Shown here piece after piece: positions 17,661 through 25,275 of a stretch of DNA of 64,000 bases (its first letter is position 1; every line of letters starts with the position of its first letter). Location: assembly GCA_963839205.1 (NCBI GenBank), contig CAWITU010000001.1, positions 4,643 through 68,642 on the forward strand, given 5' to 3'. Made by a program: the position numbers and the translations under genes. The notes under the pieces are model-generated. The model was not told where the DNA came from and did not search any database. It was given only the letters and a program-made list of their open reading frames with translations. Origin of the DNA: an uncultured bacterium (GTDB lineage: Bacteria; Patescibacteriota; Minisyncoccia; Phycocordibacterales; CAWITU01).

Positions 17661-18413
17661 ATGAGTAAGATCATCATTGCTAATTGGAAGATGAATCCGG
17701 AGACTCTGCTTCAAGCTAAAAATATTTTCCAATCAATAAAGGGTTATTCAAAAAATACTAAGTCAAAAATAGTTGTTTGTCCTCCATATATTTATATTAA
17801 AGATTTAATTGAACTTTCAAAAAAAACAAAAAAAATAGTTGTTGGAGCTCAAGATGTTTTTTTTGAAGGAGACGGACCCTTTACTGGGGAGGTAAGTGCA
17901 CCAATGCTTAAAAGTGTTGGTGCTAAGTATGTAATTGTGGGGCATTCGGAAAGGCGCGCACTCGGGGAGACGTCGTCCGACGTCTCCCGAAAAGTGCGCG
18001 CCGCCCTCTCCTTCGACATCTCTCCTATTCTTTGTATTGGTGAATCAGCTAGGGATGAAGATGGTGAGTACCTGAAGGATTTAAGAGAAATGCTTAAGTT
18101 GTCTCTTTTAAATATTGGAGAAAAAAATATTTCAAAGCTTATTATTGCTTACGAACCAATTTGGACCATAGGTGACGGACATTTTGCTATGACACCACAT
18201 GACATCCATCAGACAGCCGTCTTTATTAAAAAAGAACTAACAACCATTTTTGGAGAAAAGATTGGAAGAAAAATTCCAATACTGTATGGAGGATCTGTTG
18301 ATCCAAAAAATGCCGAAACAATCGTTAAAGAAAGTCATGTCAATGGTCTTCTTGTTGGTCGAGAAAGTCTCAAGGCCGAAAATTTTGGTCTTATAATAAA
18401 ATCAGTTAAGTAA
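17661..18413 (+). CDS. tpiA: triose-phosphate isomerase
   Basis: It has IIANWKMN, VGHSERR, CIGE, AYEPIWTIG and YGGSV motifs. Confidence 0.95.
   Translation: MSKIIIANWKMNPETLLQAKNIFQSIKGYSKNTKSKIVVCPPYIYIKDLIELSKKTKKIVVGAQDVFFEGDGPFTGEVSAPMLKSVGAKYVIVGHSERRALGETSSDVSRKVRAALSFDISPILCIGESARDEDGEYLKDLREMLKLSLLNIGEKNISKLIIAYEPIWTIGDGHFAMTPHDIHQTAVFIKKELTTIFGEKIGRKIPILYGGSVDPKNAETIVKESHVNGLLVGRESLKAENFGLIIKSVK
17953..18002. repeat. 50-nt GC-rich nested palindrome inside tpiA coding sequence
   Basis: GGCGCGCACT-CGGGGAGACGTCG-TC-CGACGTCTCCCG-AAA-AGTGCGCGCC. The outer 10-bp arms are perfect and the inner 12-bp arms have one bulge. It encodes RRALGETSSDVSRKVRAA. Confidence 0.9.
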
Positions 18414-18417
18414 TTCT

Positions 18418-19572
18418 GTGAAATATAATTTTCAGACAATTGATAAGGCAGAAAATCTCCAAGGGAAAAATGTATTAGTTAGAGTCGATTTTAATGTGCC
18501 GATTGAAAAGGGTAGAGTGTTTGACGATTTCAGAATTAAAAAGGCCTTAAAGACAATTATCTTTCTAAAAAATGCTGGAGCTAAATTATTACTTATAAGT
18601 CACCTTGATGAGCAGAATGGAAAGACACTAGAACCTGTCGCTGAGTATTTAAATAAATTATTTCCAGTTATTTTTGGGAAAAATATTGCGGATCCAAAAG
18701 CAAAAGAATTAATATCAACTCTTAAAGATGGTGATATTATCCTTTTCGAAAATCTCCGTGATAATCCAGGGGAATCTGCTAATGATGATCGCTTTGCTCG
18801 TCTACTTAAATCTTTAGCTGACGTTTACGTAAACGAGGCATTTGCTGTTTCTCACCGAAAACATGCTTCCATTGTTGGGGTGCCAAAATATTTACCTCAT
18901 TTTGCAGGTTTTCTTTTTATAGATGAAATACAAAACTTAGGTAAGGTTTTTAATCCACCGAAACCATTTCTTTTTGTGTTAGGGGGCGCCAAATTCGACA
19001 CCAAACTTCCATTGATTACTAAATTCTTGAAGCATGCAGATCATGTGTTTGTTGGAGGGGCACTTTCAAATAATATTTTCAAGGAAAAGGGATTTAATAT
19101 TGGGAATTCAGCCTTTTCCAAGGGTGATTTTGATATCAAGCACATCATGAGAAATAAAAAGATAATTGTTCCAGAGGATGTAATTACCAGAAGGACAATA
19201 CTAGAGACTGGGAAAACTGTTGTGGAACACAAAAAATCAAATGCAGTATCAAATGGAGACGTAATTGTGGATTCGGGACCAAGAACAGTTTCTGCACTCT
19301 CTCATTTAATTAATTCCGCAGGCTGTGTCCTTTGGAATGGACCACTTGGGCAGTATGAAGATGGTTTTACTGATCAAACGAAAGCATTAGCCCAACTTAT
19401 TGCTTACTCGCCAAATGCAAAATCAGCAGTTGTTGGTGGGGGGGATACCCTTGCCTCAATAGAGGATCTTAATTTATTTGGAAAGATTGGTTTTGTTTCA
19501 ACGGCTGGTGGAGCAATGCTCCAATTCTTACTCGACGAAACCTTGCCTGGCATCCAGGCATTAGAGATTTAG
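18418..19572 (+). CDS. pgk: phosphoglycerate kinase (GTG start)
   Basis: It has VRVDFNVP, LISHL, NLRDNPGE, YVNEAFAVSHR, FVLGGAKF and STAGGA motifs. Confidence 0.95.
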   Translation: MKYNFQTIDKAENLQGKNVLVRVDFNVPIEKGRVFDDFRIKKALKTIIFLKNAGAKLLLISHLDEQNGKTLEPVAEYLNKLFPVIFGKNIADPKAKELISTLKDGDIILFENLRDNPGESANDDRFARLLKSLADVYVNEAFAVSHRKHASIVGVPKYLPHFAGFLFIDEIQNLGKVFNPPKPFLFVLGGAKFDTKLPLITKFLKHADHVFVGGALSNNIFKEKGFNIGNSAFSKGDFDIKHIMRNKKIIVPEDVITRRTILETGKTVVEHKKSNAVSNGDVIVDSGPRTVSALSHLINSAGCVLWNGPLGQYEDGFTDQTKALAQLIAYSPNAKSAVVGGGDTLASIEDLNLFGKIGFVSTAGGAMLQFLLDETLPGIQALEI

Positions 19573-19989
19573 TGATTTCTTTATATTTTTAGCAACTTCT
19601 TCAGCTTCGCCATGTTTGTATTCTTTGTGTTCCCATCCTTTAAAACCATCCGTCTCAAATCTAGGAATTACATGAATATGGATATGGGAAACAAGTTGTC
19701 CGGCCGTCGGTTCGTTGTTCATAATTATGTTGATTCCATCTGCATCCATAGCATCTTTTATGGCTAGGGACACTTTTCTTACTGCAATAATCAAACGGCA
19801 GAGTGTTTCGTCTGGTGTAGTGTAGATATTTTCGAAGTGATCCTTTGGAATGACTAAAGTATGTCCTGGATTATTGGGTTGAATATCCAAAAAAGCCAAA
19901 ATATGATCGTCTTCATAAACTTTGTTAGAAGGAACGATGTCTTCAATTATTTTGCAGAAAATGCAGTCTGAATCTTTATTTGCAATCAT
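19561..19989 (-). CDS. HIT-family (histidine triad) nucleotide hydrolase
   Basis: It has CIFCKI and the histidine triad HIHIHVIP. Confidence 0.9.
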   Translation of the reverse strand: MIANKDSDCIFCKIIEDIVPSNKVYEDDHILAFLDIQPNNPGHTLVIPKDHFENIYTTPDETLCRLIIAVRKVSLAIKDAMDADGINIIMNNEPTAGQLVSHIHIHVIPRFETDGFKGWEHKEYKHGEAEEVAKNIKKSLNL

Positions 19990-20016
19990 AAGTTTATTTT
20001 ATCACAGCATGGTAAA

Positions 20017-21753
20017 ATGTCGGCAATGGCAAAATATTCTGTAAGAAAAGAGGCCTCACCGGACCTTGTAAAACACCTTCTTTTTCATCGTGGGGTTAGT
20101 GAAGAGGGTGAGATACTGAAGTTCCTTTCGCCTGACTATGTTAAGCATACCCATAATCCATTTTTGATGAAAGGAATAGCGGAGGCCGTCCAAAGGACGG
20201 CCTCCGCTATCGTCTCCGGCGAAAAAATTGCCATCTGGAGTGACTATGATGCCGACGGCATTCCAGGAGCGGTAGTTCTACATGATTTTTTTAAAAAAAT
20301 TGGCTATGAACATTTTCAAAATTACATTCCTAATAGGGCCGTGGAAGGGTTTGGCTTAAATATTGATGGCGTGAAAGAACTTTCTCAATCTGGCGTCAAA
20401 TTAATTATTACTATTGATTGTGGGATCTCTGATGTTAAAGAAGTTGAACAGGCAAATACTTTGGGAATTAATGTAATTATTACTGATCACCACTTGCCAG
20501 GTGAAAAATTGCCAAAAGCTTTTGCGATTATAAATCCAAAACAATCTGGTTGTGAGTATCCAGAAAAAATGCTCTGTGGTTCGGGGGTTATTTTTAAATT
20601 CGTTCAAGCACTTTTAAAAGATCCCGAAATTCAAAAGTATATTTCAGGGAAGGGGATTGAAATAAAAGAAGGGTGGGAAAAATGGTTATTAGATATGGTT
20701 GGTATTGCCACACTTTCAGATATGGTGCCCCTTGTCGGTGAGAATCGAATGTTTGCGTACTTCGGTTTAATGGTGCTACGCAAATCTCCGAGGGTTGGTC
20801 TCTCAAAGCTCCTGCGTAAGTTAAAAATTTCTCAAAAGGATGTCACTGAAGATGATATTGGTTTTATGATATCTCCCAGAATCAATGCTGCTTCTCGCAT
20901 GGGCGTTCCGTCCGATGCTTTTAAATTACTTTCAACAAGTGACGAAGGTGAGGCTGGAGCCTTGGCTGACCATTTAGATAAAATAAATAATGAGAGAAAG
21001 GGAACGGTGGCTGCAATGGTCAAAGAGATTAGGAAGAAAATGGAATCACGTCTAATTAGATCAACTATTGTCATGGGTAATCCTTCCTGGAGACCAACAT
21101 TACTAGGTTTGGCGGCTAACACTTTGATGAGGGAACATGCTCGACCAGTATTTCTTTGGGGAAGGGAGGGCGGAGAAATTATTAAAGGTTCTTGTCGGTC
21201 AGATGGTAGTGTAAGTGTTATGGACATTATGCAATCAACTCCGGAGGGAACCTTTTTGGATTTCGGTGGGCACGCTGCTTCTGGAGGGTTTTCTGTTTCA
21301 AATGAAAAAATTCATTTTCTGGAAGAAGCACTTGAATCAGCTTATCAAAAGGTGATTGAAGGGAAACCAAATATCGCAGATACAGAAATTATGATTGATA
21401 AAGAAATTTCTTTGAATGATGTGTCCTGGAATATGTATGGTCAGCTTGAAAAGTTAGCACCATTTGGAGAAGGGAATCCAAAACCGCTTTTTCTTATTTC
21501 AAAGTCCAAAGTTCAATCCGCAAAAATGTTTGGTAAAGAAAATAATCATTTTGAACTAACTCTTGTAAATTCATCAGGGAAAATTATTAAAGGAATTTGT
21601 TTCTTTGTTCAAGATTCTCCCTTTATTTCAAAAATTAACCCAGATAATCTTGCGACTCTTTCTGACACCTCGATTAATATCATTGCTTCTCTTGAGAAAA
21701 GTATGTTTCGAAATTATCCTGAGCTAAGATTGCGAATTGTTGATATTATTTAA
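20017..21753 (+). CDS. recJ: single-stranded-DNA-specific exonuclease RecJ
   Basis: It has DHH motifs SDYDADG, ITIDCG and ITDHH, plus the DHHA1 GGHAASGG. Confidence 0.9.
   Translation: MSAMAKYSVRKEASPDLVKHLLFHRGVSEEGEILKFLSPDYVKHTHNPFLMKGIAEAVQRTASAIVSGEKIAIWSDYDADGIPGAVVLHDFFKKIGYEHFQNYIPNRAVEGFGLNIDGVKELSQSGVKLIITIDCGISDVKEVEQANTLGINVIITDHHLPGEKLPKAFAIINPKQSGCEYPEKMLCGSGVIFKFVQALLKDPEIQKYISGKGIEIKEGWEKWLLDMVGIATLSDMVPLVGENRMFAYFGLMVLRKSPRVGLSKLLRKLKISQKDVTEDDIGFMISPRINAASRMGVPSDAFKLLSTSDEGEAGALADHLDKINNERKGTVAAMVKEIRKKMESRLIRSTIVMGNPSWRPTLLGLAANTLMREHARPVFLWGREGGEIIKGSCRSDGSVSVMDIMQSTPEGTFLDFGGHAASGGFSVSNEKIHFLEEALESAYQKVIEGKPNIADTEIMIDKEISLNDVSWNMYGQLEKLAPFGEGNPKPLFLISKSKVQSAKMFGKENNHFELTLVNSSGKIIKGICFFVQDSPFISKINPDNLATLSDTSINIIASLEKSMFRNYPELRLRIVDII
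20178..20208. repeat. perfect 14-bp-stem GC-rich palindrome inside recJ
   Basis: AGCGGAGGCCGTCC-AAA-GGACGGCCTCCGCT. It encodes AEAVQRTASA. Confidence 0.95.
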
Positions 21754-21757
21754 ATAT

Positions 21758-22279
21758 ATGAAAGATAAAATTATTATTTTTACAGATGGTTCTTCAAAAG
21801 GAAATCCTGGTCCAGGTGGATGGGGGTCAATCATTGTCCATGATGGTGAAGTTGTTGAGCTTGGAGGAGGTGATCCACACACAACTAATAATAAAATGGA
21901 ACTTACTGCGGCTATTGAAGCACTGAAATATTTGAGTGGTTCGACTTCGCTCACCACAAACTTACGTTTGGAAATCCATACTGATTCGGAATATGTTGGT
22001 AAGGGAATGAAAGAATGGATTTTTTCCTGGCAAAGAAATGGATGGAGGACAGCCACTAAGAAACCAGTTTTGAATAAGGAATTATGGCAAGAACTATCAG
22101 AACTTTCTTCCGGAAAAGAGATTACTTGGACCTATGTCGCAGGCCATATTGGCATTCCGGCCAATGAGAGATGTGACGAAATCGCTAATGCTTTTGCTGG
22201 AGGAGAGCCGTCAACTCTTTTTAAAGGACGGCTCTCAAACTATAAAGTAGATATAAAAAATCTTTCAGGGTTTCTTTAG
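21758..22279 (+). CDS. rnhA: ribonuclease HI
   Basis: It has FTDGSSKGNPGPGGWG, TNNKMEL, HTDSEYV and CDEIANA. Confidence 0.9.
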   Translation: MKDKIIIFTDGSSKGNPGPGGWGSIIVHDGEVVELGGGDPHTTNNKMELTAAIEALKYLSGSTSLTTNLRLEIHTDSEYVGKGMKEWIFSWQRNGWRTATKKPVLNKELWQELSELSSGKEITWTYVAGHIGIPANERCDEIANAFAGGEPSTLFKGRLSNYKVDIKNLSGFL

Positions 22280-22308
22280 AATTTTTTGAGTGAAATTTCA
22301 GGTCTCTC

Positions 22309-23940
22309 GTGTTTAATCACGAGATGATCTTTTGTATCGGATTTCTATTTGGTGTTTTTGTTTCATCTCTCTACCCGATATCTATTTTTGTTTCTATTGT
22401 TTTTGTAATCTCTTTAGTTAGCTTATTTGTAGTATTTTCATCTTTAAATTTTAATAAGACTAAATTAATTAGCTTATTTTTTCTGGCATTATTTTTAGGA
22501 TTTTTAAGAATTGGAATTTTTAATTACTATTCGGTGCCTGATAAACCTCTTCAGCAACTTGTTAATCAAAATATTTCTGGAAAAGCATTGATTACAGATG
22601 AGCCGGATAGGAGAGATACCACCATACGACTAACGGCTAAGGTTAAATCGATTAAAGGAGAAGGTGGCCAAATTAATATTAAAAACGGTGGAGTTATCTT
22701 TGTGACCGACTTAAATTCAATAATATCTTATGGTGACGAAGTCTCATTTTCTGGAAAGCTTCTACCGATTGAAGATTTTCAAACTGATTCTGATAGGATT
22801 TTTCATTATCAAAAATTTATGGAAAGGAGTGGTATTTATTATGATTTATACAATCCCAAATTAACTGTTATTTCTAGAGATAATGGTTTTTATCTACGTG
22901 CTTGGCTATTTAATCTAAAAGAGAATTTTCTAAAACAACTTTCTTCTGTGATTCCAAGGCCGGAGGTATTGCTGTTAGGGGGGCTATTGCTTGGCACCAA
23001 ACATTCTTTAGGAAATGATTTGCTGGCTGATTTTCAAAAGACGGGTGTCATTCATATGGTGGTAATTTCTGGGTATAACATTACTGTCGTGGTTGAGGCC
23101 ATGAGTGCAGTCTTTTCTTTCCTGCCCTTCCTTGCCAGAATTTTCTCTTCTTCGGTTGGTGTTATTCTTTTTGTTCTGATGACTGGCTTTTCTTCAGCGT
23201 CACTTCGAGCCGGTATTATGGTTTTAATTGCTCTATTAGGTAAAGCGGTTAGCAGAAAATATGATGTGGTTCGAGCGATCGTAATTTCAGCTTTTATTTT
23301 AACCATTCTTAGCCCGTTGGTTATAGTTTATGATCCGTCATTTCAATTAAGTTTCTTAGCCTCACTAGCTTTAATTTTTGTTTCGCCGATTATCGAGAAT
23401 TATTTTAAATTTGTACCAGAGTTTTTGAAACTCCAAGAGACAGTTATCGCAACGATATCAGTTATGATTTTTGTATTACCACTTTTGATTTATATGAATG
23501 GAGTTGTGTCATTTCTCTCAATTTTTGTGAATATTTTAGTTTTGTTTCCGGTGCCGTATGTGATGTTTCTCGGTTTTATAACTGGAGTAATTTCTTTTGT
23601 ATTTCCATTTCTAGCAATTCCTACTGGATTTATTTCTTATCTCATATTGCACTATATTATTTTTGTAGTTGAAACCGCCGCCCATTTGAAGTGGGCGGCG
23701 GCAACTGTTCCGGCTTTTCCGGCTTGGAATTTACTTGTTGTTTATATTTTCTATGCTTTCATTTTGTGGAAGTTTCACCGTGGCAAAGTCACAATACTTC
23801 CGGAAAAGCCTACTCTTCAAACCTCTTACCAATTAACTCCCAATCTAAATTATCAAAAACAGCCTCAACATATTTCTTCTTGTCAGCTGGAACATAATCA
23901 AAAAGATAAGAATGCTCCCACATATCCAATGCAAAAATAA
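22309..23940 (+). CDS. comEC: ComEC/Rec2 DNA internalisation channel (competence domain only)
   Basis: The protein is polytopic and carries the competence-domain signature GVIHMVVISGYNITVV. The 3' end overlaps the convergent SOD-like gene by 131 nt. Confidence 0.8.
   Translation: MFNHEMIFCIGFLFGVFVSSLYPISIFVSIVFVISLVSLFVVFSSLNFNKTKLISLFFLALFLGFLRIGIFNYYSVPDKPLQQLVNQNISGKALITDEPDRRDTTIRLTAKVKSIKGEGGQINIKNGGVIFVTDLNSIISYGDEVSFSGKLLPIEDFQTDSDRIFHYQKFMERSGIYYDLYNPKLTVISRDNGFYLRAWLFNLKENFLKQLSSVIPRPEVLLLGGLLLGTKHSLGNDLLADFQKTGVIHMVVISGYNITVVVEAMSAVFSFLPFLARIFSSSVGVILFVLMTGFSSASLRAGIMVLIALLGKAVSRKYDVVRAIVISAFILTILSPLVIVYDPSFQLSFLASLALIFVSPIIENYFKFVPEFLKLQETVIATISVMIFVLPLLIYMNGVVSFLSIFVNILVLFPVPYVMFLGFITGVISFVFPFLAIPTGFISYLILHYIIFVVETAAHLKWAAATVPAFPAWNLLVVYIFYAFILWKFHRGKVTILPEKPTLQTSYQLTPNLNYQKQPQHISSCQLEHNQKDKNAPTYPMQK
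23675..23701. repeat. perfect 10-bp-stem GC palindrome inside comEC
   Basis: CCGCCGCCCA-TTTGAAG-TGGGCGGCGG. Confidence 0.85.
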
Positions 23941-24403
23941 CTTTTAGTCCGGTTAAGTGTCCTAAGTGTTGTTCGTCAGACCAATTGTTTAATAGTCTTT
24001 TCTCAACTGGATCATAATAGAGAATGGCCCAGCCAATGCCCCGAGTGAGAGCTAATGCCTTGAATCGTGTTAACCAAGCATCAATTGAACCCCATTCGGC
24101 GACGATGGCTTTGCCTAGAGCTGTTTCCTCCGCTTCCGCCATAGCTTCAGGTGTAGTTGTCCCGAATTGTTCAAAATAGTATTCATGATTTCTCATACCA
24201 TCAAATTCAAAAGAAAAACGTCTTTGCATCTCTGAAATTTCAAGCGCATTTTTTTCAGAATCCTTGGAAAAGTCCTTAATATGGTCAAGAATTAAATTAG
24301 TATTCTTAACATACCCAGCGTAAAGCTTAAGATGTTCATCAATTGTCTTTTGCGAAATTCCTTTTAGGGCCCCGATATTAAATTTTTTTTCAATATAACT
24401 CAT
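23810..24403 (-). CDS. Fe/Mn superoxide dismutase family protein (divergent N-terminal metal motif)
   Basis: The C-terminal DMWEHSYLFDY and central NHEYYF match SOD. Where the HH.KHH motif is expected, the sequence reads EHLKLY. Confidence 0.7.
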   Translation of the reverse strand: MSYIEKKFNIGALKGISQKTIDEHLKLYAGYVKNTNLILDHIKDFSKDSEKNALEISEMQRRFSFEFDGMRNHEYYFEQFGTTTPEAMAEAEETALGKAIVAEWGSIDAWLTRFKALALTRGIGWAILYYDPVEKRLLNNWSDEQHLGHLTGLKVIFALDMWEHSYLFDYVPADKKKYVEAVFDNLDWELIGKRFEE

Positions 24404-24442
24404 GTGTTTTAAATTATTATTTGGTAAGAAAACTTTAAACTA

Positions 24443-25165
24443 TTAACGAAACTCTTCATACTCCTTGTTAATTGAGCGATTAAAAAATACTTGAGAAAAA
24501 AAGTTTACAAAATATTTCGTGCTGGTCGATATCATGCCTTGCTGGTTTAAGCGTCTGGCTGAAGAGTAAACGGTGAAATTGGGATCGAATAATACTTTAC
24601 CATATTTACTTGCTCGCCTAGAAGTGTCTGTGTCATCTCCATAAAAGACGATTGAGGTATCAAAACCTTTCATTTTTTCTAATATTTCTCTTCTTAAAAT
24701 CATATTTCCACACATTGCCATATAGCCGACTATAAAATATGTGGGTACTGCGAGAGTTCTCCAAAAAACTCCAATCATTTTTTGTTTTGTGAGAGATATG
24801 TCATTGAAAATATATGGGCCACTAAGGCAGACCAATTTAGGATCCAGAAAATAATTATCAATTTTTTTAAACCAATCTTCAGGAATTTCATTGTCGGAGT
24901 CCAAAAATGCTAAGAGTGTTCCTTTGGCTTCTCGAAAACCGCGCTGTCTTGCATGCATAACCCCTTTCTTTTCTTCCAAAATAACTTTAACTTGTTTAAA
25001 TTTCCCTGCAATTTCTTTTGTCTGGTCTGTACTGTTATTGTCGATGACTAGTATTTCTAATAAATTAGCAGGCGTGTGTTTTATAACAGAGCTAATACAA
25101 CGTTCTATATACTTCTCTTCATTGAAGGCTGGTATGATGACACTTACGGTATTCATTGTGGACAT
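24443..25165 (-). CDS. family 2 glycosyltransferase
   Basis: It has VSVIIPAFNEE, VIDNNSTD and FLDSDN (DxD). Confidence 0.85.
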   Translation of the reverse strand: MSTMNTVSVIIPAFNEEKYIERCISSVIKHTPANLLEILVIDNNSTDQTKEIAGKFKQVKVILEEKKGVMHARQRGFREAKGTLLAFLDSDNEIPEDWFKKIDNYFLDPKLVCLSGPYIFNDISLTKQKMIGVFWRTLAVPTYFIVGYMAMCGNMILRREILEKMKGFDTSIVFYGDDTDTSRRASKYGKVLFDPNFTVYSSARRLNQQGMISTSTKYFVNFFSQVFFNRSINKEYEEFR

Positions 25166-25275
25166 ATTTTATACCGAATTTTGGAAATTGGCTTGTAATG
25201 CAAAAAATAGTAGTGCGTCAGAACTAAAAGGGTTTGTTTCTATATTATTAATATTTTTAATAATCAATAAATAAT

